Source: Bacteroidia bacterium (lineage in GTDB: Bacteria > Bacteroidota > Bacteroidia > Bacteroidales > UBA932). From it: a stretch of 64,000 bases of DNA. Position numbers and translations under genes: made by a program. The notes under the pieces are model-generated. The model saw only the letters and a program-made list of their open reading frames with translations. It had not been told where the DNA came from and searched no databases. Position 1 is the first letter of the stretch. Every line of letters starts with the position of its first letter. Shown here one piece after another: positions 18,530 to 28,475 of the stretch. The stretch lies in NCBI GenBank assembly GCA_021153285.1, contig JAGKTT010000010.1, positions 7,986-71,985 of the forward strand, given 5' to 3'.

Positions 18530-21500
18530 TTAAAAGTTAACGTTCACACGGAGTGAGAAGGTGCGTGGACGAGGCCAGATTATGTTGTCGATTCCGGTTT
18601 CGGATGTGACTTCAGGATCCATTCCGCTGTAAGCGGTAAGTACAAATACATTCTGAATTCCAAGTCCCAGACGCACATCGCTCTCCCATCGTCCGATTGA
18701 TCTGAAAGTATAACCCAGGCTTATGTCGTCAAGTCTGAAGAAGGATGCATTCTCCAGAAAATAGTCAGAATACCATTGCCGGGCGCTATTGGGAGCAGTA
18801 AATCCCGTCTTTTTGACAAGTTTCGCTTGATTTGGAAGAGCACCTGAGTTCAGGTCGAGACTCGCAGTGGAATTAGCCGATGCGAAATCATTGAAAACCC
18901 AGGTTCCGGCTGCACCGTGACCGTTCAGCCCGAAGTCCCAGTCCTTGTATGAAGCTTTCAGACTCAATCCGTAGAAGAATTTCGGAGACGGGCTCTTACC
19001 TGTCATATATCGGTCGTTTTCGGTTATGTGACCGTCACCGTCCCTGTCAACGAACTCATTCTGGACCGGATGGCCGGTGGAGTCATATTTCTGCTGATAA
19101 AGATAGTATGTATATGGAGCGTAACCTGTCATCTGACGACTGAGATACCCTCCGGTTCCTTTGGATATATTGCCCACTTCTATATAATAACTGTCATCTT
19201 CGGTAGGATTGAGCTTTGTGAAGACTGTATTCTGAAAAGCACCGTTGAGGCTGATCTGGATGCTCCAGTCAGGCATCTGGACTGGTATGGCATTGATCGA
19301 AAATTCCAGACCCTTGTTCCTGATCGAGCCGACATTGGTCGTCAGCTTGTTGCCGAAGCTGGCTCCCATAGGCACCTGCACCGAATTCAGAAGATCCTTT
19401 GTATCACTTATATATGCATCAACACTTCCACTGAGACGGTCATCGAAGAATCCATAGTCGATTCCTGCATTATATGTAACTGTGGTTTCCCAACGGATGG
19501 TAGGATCGTAGGCCTGAGGAGTAATCGGATATACATAGTTGGAATTACCCATATTATAGAGATAAGATGGATTGCTGGTGATATTGTAGCGGGCCAGATG
19601 CACATAGTCTCCGATGCCGTCCTGCTGACCTGTCATACCGGCTGAGAGTCTCAACTTCAAGGTAGAGATGGCCTTGTATGGCTTCATAAAAGGTTCCTGT
19701 ACTACATTCCAGGCAAAGGCACCCGAAGGGAAGAAGCCCCATCTGTAATCCTTGGCGAATTTGCTGGATCCGTCTGCACGGGCTGTAAATGTGAATACAT
19801 ATCTGGAGTCAATGGAATAATTGATTCGTCCGTAGAATGAGACCAGATAGTTTTCATTCCTGAAGGTCAGGTAACGGGAATCGACTGTCTCTCCGGGATT
19901 CAGATTCGGCTGGTTCGTCTCATTGAAATATGTTATGCTGCGGTTTGAGAAGAAATTGTTCTGCCACGAATATCCGGCAAGGGCATTGAGGCTGTGAATT
20001 CCCCAGGTTTCCTTAAAATCTGCATATGCTTCGAAAAGCTGGCTTCGGCTGATATTCCAGCTTTTGGTATGCTCGCCGATGCGGAGATTATCAGTGTCAG
20101 CATAGGCTTGGAACGAGCCCGGACGCACGCCATTGTATGAATGAGTGGATGTAATATCGACTCCTGCACTGACATTGAAACTGAGGGCTTCAAAGCCGTG
20201 CACCTTGTAATCGACGGCCGCACGGGAAATGAAACGGGCGGAGCGGGCATTGCTTATGTTGTCGTAAAGCTGTGACAAAGGACTTGGACCGACAAGCACA
20301 TTGGGAGTGAATGCCTCTCCCCGTCCGTTTCCGTAATTCCAATATCCATTGGTGGTAGTATAATCGACCGAGCCGTCAGGATTCCTCCAGTAAGGATCTT
20401 GAGTAGGGTTGAAAAAGGCCGCATTTCTGACAGTTCCGCCATCAGAATAATCAGAGTATGAGTACATTCCCTTGGCGTTAAGATCGATCTTCAGATGTTT
20501 GTCAAGGAATTCCGGAGCAAGGGAGATATCCATTGTACCTCTATCGTAGCGTGATTCTTTCAAGGTTCCCTGCTGACCGCTGTAGGACGCAGAAGCGCGG
20601 TACGGCATCATTGAGTCATAATTGCCATAGAGGCTTACATTGTGTTCGGTAGCAAAGGCCGTGCGGAAGATCTGATCCTGCCAATCGGTGTCGTGATTGC
20701 CGCTCAGCTGGACTATCCGGTCACCGGTCGGCGTACCAGGAGGAAAAATCTGCCAATAGAATTGCCTTAGTTCTGCAGGTGTCATCACCGGCACTTTACC
20801 CGAAATACGCTGGACACTCGCCGAGCCATTGTAGCTTAGCTGAGGCTTGCTGCCCTTTCCCTTCCTGGTAGTGATGATAATGACTCCGTTCGAAGCGCGG
20901 GAACCGTATATTGCTGCGGAAGAAGCATCTTTCAGAACTGTAAAAGATTCAATATCATTAGGATTCAGAAGATCCAAAGGATTGGCCATTGCGCCACCTG
21001 CACCTTGGGCGACAGGTACTCCGTCGATTACGACAAGAGGATCATTGGAAGCGTTCAGAGAAGATGATCCTCTGATCCTGATTCGGGAACCCGATCCCGG
21101 GCCGCCATCACCGGGAGTCACCAGCAGACCTGATACCTTTCCTTTGAGCATCTCCTGCGTGTTGACCACCGCTCCTCTGTTTATATCTTCGGCCTTGACT
21201 GCCGAAATGGAACCGGTCATATCTTCTTTTTTCACGGTTCCGTAGCCGATCACAACAACTTCTTTGAGATACTCGTTATCTTCCTTCAATGTCACGGTCG
21301 AAGGGACTGCGGCAGCTTCAAACGTCTGCGAAGCATAACCGATACAACTGATCTCTACCATTGCGGAAGGACCGGTAACCGTAAGGAAAAAGCCTCCGTC
21401 CGGGCCGGTGGAGGTTCCGTTGGATGTGGATAGCTCCACGACTGCCGCTCCTATTACCGGTCCATATTGATCCTGGACTGTTCCCTGCACAGTATAGCCT

Positions 21501-21574
21501 CCCTGTGCTGAAGCAAAAACGCAATCCAAGCACAGCAGTGCCAGGATTGCGCATATATGATTCTTTCTGTCCAT
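18530..21574 (-). CDS. susC: SusC/RagA family TonB-dependent transporter (second, distal copy)
   Basis: EVVVIGYG, PLVVIDGVP, NPNDIESFTVLKDASSAAIYGSRASNGVIIITT, C-terminal RVNVNF. Confidence 0.95.
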   Translation of the reverse strand: MDRKNHICAILALLCLDCVFASAQGGYTVQGTVQDQYGPVIGAAVVELSTSNGTSTGPDGGFFLTVTGPSAMVEISCIGYASQTFEAAAVPSTVTLKEDNEYLKEVVVIGYGTVKKEDMTGSISAVKAEDINRGAVVNTQEMLKGKVSGLLVTPGDGGPGSGSRIRIRGSSSLNASNDPLVVIDGVPVAQGAGGAMANPLDLLNPNDIESFTVLKDASSAAIYGSRASNGVIIITTRKGKGSKPQLSYNGSASVQRISGKVPVMTPAELRQFYWQIFPPGTPTGDRIVQLSGNHDTDWQDQIFRTAFATEHNVSLYGNYDSMMPYRASASYSGQQGTLKESRYDRGTMDISLAPEFLDKHLKIDLNAKGMYSYSDYSDGGTVRNAAFFNPTQDPYWRNPDGSVDYTTTNGYWNYGNGRGEAFTPNVLVGPSPLSQLYDNISNARSARFISRAAVDYKVHGFEALSFNVSAGVDITSTHSYNGVRPGSFQAYADTDNLRIGEHTKSWNISRSQLFEAYADFKETWGIHSLNALAGYSWQNNFFSNRSITYFNETNQPNLNPGETVDSRYLTFRNENYLVSFYGRINYSIDSRYVFTFTARADGSSKFAKDYRWGFFPSGAFAWNVVQEPFMKPYKAISTLKLRLSAGMTGQQDGIGDYVHLARYNITSNPSYLYNMGNSNYVYPITPQAYDPTIRWETTVTYNAGIDYGFFDDRLSGSVDAYISDTKDLLNSVQVPMGASFGNKLTTNVGSIRNKGLEFSINAIPVQMPDWSIQISLNGAFQNTVFTKLNPTEDDSYYIEVGNISKGTGGYLSRQMTGYAPYTYYLYQQKYDSTGHPVQNEFVDRDGDGHITENDRYMTGKSPSPKFFYGLSLKASYKDWDFGLNGHGAAGTWVFNDFASANSTASLDLNSGALPNQAKLVKKTGFTAPNSARQWYSDYFLENASFFRLDDISLGYTFRSIGRWESDVRLGLGIQNVFVLTAYSGMDPEVTSETGIDNIIWPRPRTFSLRVNVNF

Positions 21575-21627
21575 AGTCTGTAAATTTTAAATTTTCCAAT
21601 TTACAATTTACAGACCAAGCGAAGGAT

Positions 21628-24555
21628 TTATTTTACGAGAAGCTTGAACTCGCCTTCCTTGAGGGTTACAGAGCCTGATATGAACGAAGTGTTGTCATTC
21701 ATATAGTCCTTCCACTGGCCGTCAGGAAGAGTTACAGTCGTACTGTTCTTTCCGAAGTTTCCAACAACGTGGAATGTCTTGCCATCCACCGAGCAGGTGA
21801 TCTTCTTGACTGCTCCGGAAGGAGTCCATTCAAACTTGGCATCCTTGTCAAAGAAACGAGGGTTCTCACGACGGAACTTCAGAAGTGAAGCGTATGTGTC
21901 ATAAAGAGCCTTGCGGGCCGGTACTGCCATATACTGATCTGTTACGACCGGTTTCTCACCTGTACGGTCATTGTAGTCGATAGAGTAATCGTATCCTATT
22001 TCACCGAACTGCCAGATCATCTTAGGGCCCGGAACTGTGAGGAAGAATGCCGCAGAAGCTCCTGCACGACGCATTGCAACAGAGAACGGATCATCAGCAG
22101 CTGCAGAGCCACCACCTGTACCTGGGCCTACCGCCGGATCAGAAGGACGCTGACCAGGAGTCATGAGCCATACCTTCTCAGCTGCAAGACTGAAGTATAT
22201 GTCATATGTACCAGCAGCAGGGACAGCCATATCCTGAGAGCCCGCTCCAAGAGTAAGTTTGTACTCCTTGTTGAGAGGAAGCTTGTATCCCTTAGTGGAA
22301 GCACCGTAGTTGAATGCATCGTTCCACATGCTGTTTCCACGGATCTTGAACATGTCATCAGCCTTGAAGGTCACGCCCTTAGCAACGAAGAAAGCACCAT
22401 CAGCCTTCATGCTGATATCCGGAGAAGAACCCCATGAAGTCAGGGTACCGCAGATTCCCCATGTAACCGTAGAGGCATCAGCACCAGCACCATAGCAGAG
22501 ACGCTCTTCGTCGTGGCTTTCCATATAGCTCACCCATCCTCCATAGTTGGAAGCCTCGTATGAGCCTGAGAAATTTCCATTACCGCCGCCTACAGCAGAA
22601 CGATACGAACCGTTCATGTTTCTCCAGAGCTGGATTCCGTGATCGGCAAGAACCTTCTCCTCAGACCAGTCGGCAAGATGCTCAAAGATAACCACAGCAT
22701 CCTTGTTCACTGACCAGATATGGTCTGCATAACCCTTGAGGATATCCACGCGTGACTGGTCATAATTACCCCATGCACCGGTATTTCCGAGAGTGTTCTT
22801 CTGAGTGAATCCCTTTGAAAGGTCAAAACGGAAACCATCCACATCATATTCGGTGAGCAGATACTCGAGGCTCTGCTTCACATGATCCTTGATCATCTGG
22901 TTCTCGTGGTTGATGTCATGGTATACGTTGAAATCATGCCTTGCGACAACGTTGAACCAAGGATTGTTTGCTGCAGTACAATTGCTGGCCGCATCCCAAT
23001 AAAGCTTAGCCCATGGATGTGAACCTGTAGCGTGATTATACACGACATCAACAATCACAGCGATACCGCGGGCATGGCACTCGTCGATGAATGCCTTATA
23101 CTCGTCGCGTGTACCATAGTATTTGTCCAGGGCGAAATAATGGTTAGGATTATATCCCCAGCTCTTGTTTCCGTCGAACTCCTGGATAGGCATAAGCTCA
23201 ATTGCATTCACACCGAGATTCTCGATATAATCAAGCTGAGCCATAGCACCTGCGATGTTCTGAGATGCAGTGAAGTCACGGAAATGGATCTCATAGATCA
23301 CAAGGTCGTTCTTGTCCTCGACCTTAAAGTCCTTATGCTTCCATGCGTACTCCGGCCTGTTGATCTGGAAAGCAGAAACAAGCTGCCTTGCTCCCTCAGG
23401 GAAAGCAGGAACTCCAGCAATATACTGATCATTCCACTGATCGTAAACGATCTCTGTATATGGGTCGCTGAGGAAGGTATCAGCACCTGTCTCGTTGCCC
23501 AGACGATACTGGAAGCGGTATTCCTTGTCAGCCTCGAATCCGCTGAGTCTTATCCACCAGCAGCCTGAGGTGTTGTCCCTGAACATCGAGCCTTCCTTGA
23601 TACGCTCCCAATTGTTCCAGTCTCCTACGATATAGCAGTACTTGTGAGATGCACCATTGGTATCCTTGTCATAAAGAACGAATGTCACAGACTGGTCATC
23701 ATTATAGTTGATTCCATAAGATGCCCCGTTTTCAAGCGGTCTGGTCACAACCGGATCCGGTTCAAATGGAACAGCTACGTTCTTGTCATCGATGATACCC
23801 TCAAAGAACTCATCATTATCCTGCAGTTTCTTTGTACCGTCCTCGCTTCTGATGACGACACCGATCTTGTTTACCGGGATATCGCCTGATTCAAACCACT
23901 CACGGATGGTAGGTTCCAGAGAAAGAGACCATACATTGTCAGCCTCCTTGGTAAGCTTGTTCTTTTCGAAGTTACATTTCTCCCACTGCGTCTTGTCTTC
24001 CGGATTAGGCCACTCAGACATTACACAATGCCACTCATTATAGTCGTCTACAACACCGATGTGCGCATAAATGTCGCCTGTATGGTTATAGAGCGCGGAA
24101 GAAGATCCCGCCTTCACATAAATCTTGGCAGCATAATCAGCATTCAGGATTTCAGGGGCTATAGATATTCCGACAGGAACATCCGACAGTTCCACATCTG
24201 TGCTTCCGCCACCCACATTGGTACCTGCAAGCTGCTTCACGGTCACGACAACAGGTGCAGATCCGGATGCATTGAATACGAGTTCAGTCGTACGTTCCTG
24301 AGGAGTATTGGCCTTAACCGATACTTTGATGGTGGCCGATCCCTTTCCTACGCTGCGTGAAGGTGTACACCACGCGGTATTCTCAGTCTGAGTGAGGGTC
24401 CATGCACCTGAAGATGTGATGGTGAGTGTCTGGGTACCTGCCTCACCTGTGAATTCGAGTGAAGTCGGACTCACAGATAGTTGAGACTCCAGTTTCGGAG
24501 TACAGCCGACAGCCATCAAGGCAACGGCAATGATTACATAAAGGATTCTTTTCAT
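21628..24555 (-). CDS. Surface lipoprotein GH13 alpha-amylase (BACON, CBM98-like, CBM48 and catalytic domains, with an inserted SusE/F-like module)
   Basis: Lipobox AVGC; BACON-like N-terminus; IVGDWNNW (CBM48); IYEIHFRDF, WGYNP, DVVYNH, GFRFDLSKGF (nucleophile), IFEHL, SHDEER; overall similar to the B. ovatus Sus amylase type (GH13_47) as recalled. Confidence 0.88.
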   Translation of the reverse strand: MKRILYVIIAVALMAVGCTPKLESQLSVSPTSLEFTGEAGTQTLTITSSGAWTLTQTENTAWCTPSRSVGKGSATIKVSVKANTPQERTTELVFNASGSAPVVVTVKQLAGTNVGGGSTDVELSDVPVGISIAPEILNADYAAKIYVKAGSSSALYNHTGDIYAHIGVVDDYNEWHCVMSEWPNPEDKTQWEKCNFEKNKLTKEADNVWSLSLEPTIREWFESGDIPVNKIGVVIRSEDGTKKLQDNDEFFEGIIDDKNVAVPFEPDPVVTRPLENGASYGINYNDDQSVTFVLYDKDTNGASHKYCYIVGDWNNWERIKEGSMFRDNTSGCWWIRLSGFEADKEYRFQYRLGNETGADTFLSDPYTEIVYDQWNDQYIAGVPAFPEGARQLVSAFQINRPEYAWKHKDFKVEDKNDLVIYEIHFRDFTASQNIAGAMAQLDYIENLGVNAIELMPIQEFDGNKSWGYNPNHYFALDKYYGTRDEYKAFIDECHARGIAVIVDVVYNHATGSHPWAKLYWDAASNCTAANNPWFNVVARHDFNVYHDINHENQMIKDHVKQSLEYLLTEYDVDGFRFDLSKGFTQKNTLGNTGAWGNYDQSRVDILKGYADHIWSVNKDAVVIFEHLADWSEEKVLADHGIQLWRNMNGSYRSAVGGGNGNFSGSYEASNYGGWVSYMESHDEERLCYGAGADASTVTWGICGTLTSWGSSPDISMKADGAFFVAKGVTFKADDMFKIRGNSMWNDAFNYGASTKGYKLPLNKEYKLTLGAGSQDMAVPAAGTYDIYFSLAAEKVWLMTPGQRPSDPAVGPGTGGGSAAADDPFSVAMRRAGASAAFFLTVPGPKMIWQFGEIGYDYSIDYNDRTGEKPVVTDQYMAVPARKALYDTYASLLKFRRENPRFFDKDAKFEWTPSGAVKKITCSVDGKTFHVVGNFGKNSTTVTLPDGQWKDYMNDNTSFISGSVTLKEGEFKLLVK

Positions 24556-24581
24556 TACGGGTTGAATTTTATCATATGGAA

Positions 24582-24609
24582 GCCAGCGGTCCGGTCAGGG
24601 GCCGCTGGC
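24582..24609 (-). other. Intergenic GC-rich hairpin between the susE/F-like gene and the amylase (mRNA stabiliser or weak terminator)
   Basis: GCCAGCGG...CCGCTGGC stem without a strong U-tract. Confidence 0.5.
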
Positions 24610-24618
24610 CTGATTGAA

Positions 24619-26814
24619 TTACTTAGAAAAGACAAGCTTAACATCCGAGAAGTTGCTGCCGTCCCATGCGAATGTGATCTTCACACTGTATGTTCCGGAC
24701 TCACCCGCGATGAAGTTATCTGTACCTGAAACGGTAAGTCCCTCTACTGCAGCACCGCCGACACCGACCCACTGTCCATCGATACGAAGCTTGAATTCGT
24801 CATTTGCAGCTACTGCGAAACTTGCAAGCTTGAACTCATATGTACCGGCGAATGTCTTTGAATCTGTTACATTCTTGCTTACGAATGATGCTCTGTCATT
24901 GGTTGCGAATGATGGATCATCCCAACCTACAACACTACCTGAGAATCCGACCACAAAACTTTCTGAAGAAGGATCTGAATATACCTTCTCAGCCACACCG
25001 GCCTGATCAGGAGTCTTGCCAGGAGTCATTACATAGAAGCAAGAAAGGTCCTTTGCAAGATATACATCGAAAGTTCCGGAAGTTCCGATAGAAGAGTTCT
25101 TCTTTCCACCTGCTCCATCTATAAGGTCAAGTTTTGCATCAATTGAAATCTGGCCCTCATAAGTGAGCTCTGTACCCCATGATGAACCCTTTCTGAACTT
25201 GAACTGGTCACCAGCCACGAACTGAACTCCCAATGCGATGATATAGTCACCCTTTTCCAACATCGGGATATTATTTGCCCAGTTTGAACATGCTGCCATA
25301 GAACCGATAAGTCCCCAATCAGACTGAACTGGAGCGCTTCCGCCGCCAGGATATGAGCCATCATTGATGAACCACACCTTTGCCGCTGTCGGATCAAGGT
25401 AGATATCGAATGTACCTGCAGGGACTACGATATTACCTCCCCCAGAAGTAAGAGCAAGCTCCTTGTTAGCCTCGAATGTCGCGCCGCCAAGGTTTGTTTC
25501 CCAAGCGCCATCAAGACGGAACTTAAGTTCACCTGCTGTCAGGGCAACCTGCTTAGCCAAATGCCATGTGCCGTCAGAAGTCATCGGAGTATCTACATCC
25601 CATGAACCTACCGCACTACCTACGATACCCCAGCCCTTATATGCAGGCTGCTCTGGCTGTTCCGGTTCCTGAGGCTGCTCCGGCTCTGGAGTTGATGCGC
25701 CATAATCGCCCTTGTTGAGCTCGTAAGTAATCTCACCAAGGTTGTTCATGTTGAGGTAAACACGGTAGTTACCAGCCTTCGCAGCGATATTGCCACCATT
25801 ATCTGATGTAAGGAATCCGTCTGCGCCAGTACCATAAGAGATTGTCCATGCGCCGTCAAGACGGAACTTGAATTCAGCATCTGCTGCAAACTCAACGTCA
25901 GCGTAGAACTTCTGCTTGACATTGTCAAAGTTCATCACGACATCTGCTCCCCAATCATTGAATGAGCCGATAACACCGATCTGGTCGAATGAAAGGTTCA
26001 TCTTGAGTTTAAGAGTTGACTTATCGAATGTCATGTTGTAGAAGTTCTTCGAATAGATCTTGATATCCGATGAACCGCCAGAACTGATGAGAGTCAGTTC
26101 GCCAGCTTCAGGTGCCGGAGCTTCTGCAGCTCCATCCAGACCCCAGTTGCAGGTATCATCCCAACCTGATGCGGTTCCCCTGATTTTCCAACCGTTAGCA
26201 GCCTTGCCGCCGAAGCCGATCATACCGCTGAAGATGCCTGACTCAGGAGTGAACTCAAAGAGTTCCTGAGTAGTTCCATCAGCCCATCCGTTGAAATCTC
26301 CGATCACATAAATCATAGGATATACCTTCTCAGCTGCAGTAACAGTCACAGTGAGTGTAAGAGGCTGAGAATAGACCTTAGGATAAGAAGCGATTGAAGA
26401 ACCGGCATATATCACTGATCCGATAAAGAACTTGACAGGAGTTGCCTGTCCTTCTGCAACCTCAAGGTCATTGAAGAGGATTCTGTTGAGTTCCTCATAA
26501 GTAAGGACAGCTGTTGTATCCTTGAGACCTGAAAGAACGCTCACTTTCTTGCCGTCCTCAGTGAGGGCAGCCTCAAGTGAGTAGCGCACCTCTGTAGAAG
26601 CATCATAGTCTGCACGCTCCCAAGAGAACTCGATTTCCTCCTGCTGGTTGGTTGCTGTAATCGCGATCTCACTTACCTCGAGCTCATGCAATGAAGCAGG
26701 AACCACGTCCTCAGGAGATGCGATCTGCACCATCTCAGGAGTCTGGCATGCAGCAAGAAGACCTGCTGCAGCCGCAAATGAAAGAATGTATCTTGTAATT
26801 TTCATATTCTTCAT
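24619..26814 (-). CDS. SusE/SusF-like multi-CBM starch-binding outer membrane lipoprotein
   Basis: Lipobox LAAC; SusE-type N-domain (FSWERADY); about 5 repeats of (V/I)IG...W...FKFR...W...G(T/N)Y; position after susD. Confidence 0.85.
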   Translation of the reverse strand: MKNMKITRYILSFAAAAGLLAACQTPEMVQIASPEDVVPASLHELEVSEIAITATNQQEEIEFSWERADYDASTEVRYSLEAALTEDGKKVSVLSGLKDTTAVLTYEELNRILFNDLEVAEGQATPVKFFIGSVIYAGSSIASYPKVYSQPLTLTVTVTAAEKVYPMIYVIGDFNGWADGTTQELFEFTPESGIFSGMIGFGGKAANGWKIRGTASGWDDTCNWGLDGAAEAPAPEAGELTLISSGGSSDIKIYSKNFYNMTFDKSTLKLKMNLSFDQIGVIGSFNDWGADVVMNFDNVKQKFYADVEFAADAEFKFRLDGAWTISYGTGADGFLTSDNGGNIAAKAGNYRVYLNMNNLGEITYELNKGDYGASTPEPEQPQEPEQPEQPAYKGWGIVGSAVGSWDVDTPMTSDGTWHLAKQVALTAGELKFRLDGAWETNLGGATFEANKELALTSGGGNIVVPAGTFDIYLDPTAAKVWFINDGSYPGGGSAPVQSDWGLIGSMAACSNWANNIPMLEKGDYIIALGVQFVAGDQFKFRKGSSWGTELTYEGQISIDAKLDLIDGAGGKKNSSIGTSGTFDVYLAKDLSCFYVMTPGKTPDQAGVAEKVYSDPSSESFVVGFSGSVVGWDDPSFATNDRASFVSKNVTDSKTFAGTYEFKLASFAVAANDEFKLRIDGQWVGVGGAAVEGLTVSGTDNFIAGESGTYSVKITFAWDGSNFSDVKLVFSK

Positions 26815-26826
26815 GAGATTTAATTA

Positions 26827-28464
26827 TTACCTGCCGGTATAACCAGGATTCTGTACCAGAGCAAGGTTGGTTGTAAGCTCTGATATAGGAATAGGGAAAA
26901 TGTTCATATGATCGCCGAGATCGACATTACCCTGGAATGAACCGCCCTTGAAAGGCCAAGGAAAATCCTTGCTTGTGAACTTGCCGAAGCGTACAAGGTC
27001 TGTACGACGGTGTCCCTCCCACATGAGCTCGCGTGCGCGCTCTGCGATAAGGAAGTTCTCATCAATCTTAGATGGAGCTGCCACCTTGGCACGGTCTGCA
27101 AGAGCCTTTACCTGAGCAGAAGCGTCACCACCTGCGTGCATACAAGCCTCAGCGTAGATAAGGTGGATCTCACCAAGACGGATAAGAGGGAAATCGACAT
27201 CACTATATTCAGTCACACCTGCAATTGCAGCATACTCCTCTGCTGTCTTGTCATGAGGGATGTTGCTGTACTTGTAGCAAGACCATCCTGAAGTGAAGAC
27301 AAGAAGCGCCTCCTCCATAGACTCGGTACGTCCCTTGATGTAGAACTTCTTTCCACGCTCGTCGGCAACATCATATGTGCCTGCAGTGTAGTCAGCATTG
27401 CTTACATTGAAATAAGTCTTTACATACTCGAAAGGAAGGCGGTTTCCTGACCATCCTGACTTACAGCCTGTAAGATATACAGGGCCGTCGTCGCCATTGA
27501 GCGAACCACAGGTAAGATAAGTGGTACCACCCCATGACTGTGTATGCATCGAATGATATGAAGCAGCGAACAAGAACTCGCCTCTTGCATCAGGATTCTC
27601 ACCATTGTCACCACGGAAGAGTTCGTCATGAGTAGGAGCCAGCTTGTATCCGAGCTGATAGATCTTCTCACAGGTGCTCTTAGCCTCACTCCACATAGCC
27701 TTTCCTGTGTACACCTCAGCATTGAGATACATACGTGCAAGGAGACCAAGGCATGAACCCTTGTCTGCACGTGGATAGTTTGACTGGGCAGCAGGCATTG
27801 CACTGTCTTCAGCGATAAGAGCATTAAGCTCATTTATCACCTCTCCGAAGATGTATGCACGATCTTTCTGAGGAGGATTATATCCGCCACCGAATGGAGA
27901 GTTCTCTGTTGAATAAGGCACATTTCCGAAAGCATCGATAAGAGCCCAGTAGAAATATGCACGAAGGAAACGAGCCTCGGCACGGAATCCCTGGATCTTA
28001 GCTCTTACGTCAGCGTTCACACCTCTGGAATCGAGTTTGTCGTCAGCAGTCTGACGGAGATACTCGTTGATATATGCGATACCCTGGAGTGAGCGTACAT
28101 ATACTGCGTATACGGCATCATTGAGGACGTCACCCTTCCAGGTATTGTTGTTGAGGTCGTTGACCCATCCGTCTGGCCAAGCGTTCTTGGCTGCGTCGGT
28201 AGTAACCTCCTGAGTACTCCAGAGACCACGGATAAACTCCGAGGCACCACCGTCAGTCACCTTGAGGTCCTGGGTATCGTTAGAGACCAGCTGGAAGTAA
28301 AGTTTGGTCAATCCCTGGAGATAACCAGCCTCATCAGCACCATAAGCAGTCTCTGAAGTCACATCGGTCGGATTCAACGGAATGGTGTTGAGATCACCGA
28401 TGCAGGCAGTGAGCATGAGAGATGCTGCAACTGCTGAAATAATATTCTTGATGTTCATTTTCAT
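26827..28464 (-). CDS. susD: SusD/RagB family glycan-binding lipoprotein (first copy)
   Basis: Lipobox LTAC; EARFLRAYFYW, IRLGEIHLIYAEA, ERARELMWEGHRRTDLVRFG, QNPGY. Confidence 0.94.
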   Translation of the reverse strand: MKMNIKNIISAVAASLMLTACIGDLNTIPLNPTDVTSETAYGADEAGYLQGLTKLYFQLVSNDTQDLKVTDGGASEFIRGLWSTQEVTTDAAKNAWPDGWVNDLNNNTWKGDVLNDAVYAVYVRSLQGIAYINEYLRQTADDKLDSRGVNADVRAKIQGFRAEARFLRAYFYWALIDAFGNVPYSTENSPFGGGYNPPQKDRAYIFGEVINELNALIAEDSAMPAAQSNYPRADKGSCLGLLARMYLNAEVYTGKAMWSEAKSTCEKIYQLGYKLAPTHDELFRGDNGENPDARGEFLFAASYHSMHTQSWGGTTYLTCGSLNGDDGPVYLTGCKSGWSGNRLPFEYVKTYFNVSNADYTAGTYDVADERGKKFYIKGRTESMEEALLVFTSGWSCYKYSNIPHDKTAEEYAAIAGVTEYSDVDFPLIRLGEIHLIYAEACMHAGGDASAQVKALADRAKVAAPSKIDENFLIAERARELMWEGHRRTDLVRFGKFTSKDFPWPFKGGSFQGNVDLGDHMNIFPIPISELTTNLALVQNPGYTGR

Positions 28465-28475
28465 GTTGATTCCGA

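Noticed and set aside
21576-21615. Invertible promoter before susC2
   Set aside because: Only 18 bp lie between the repeats, there is no TAnnTTTG inside and no recombinase nearby; a hairpin is the simpler reading
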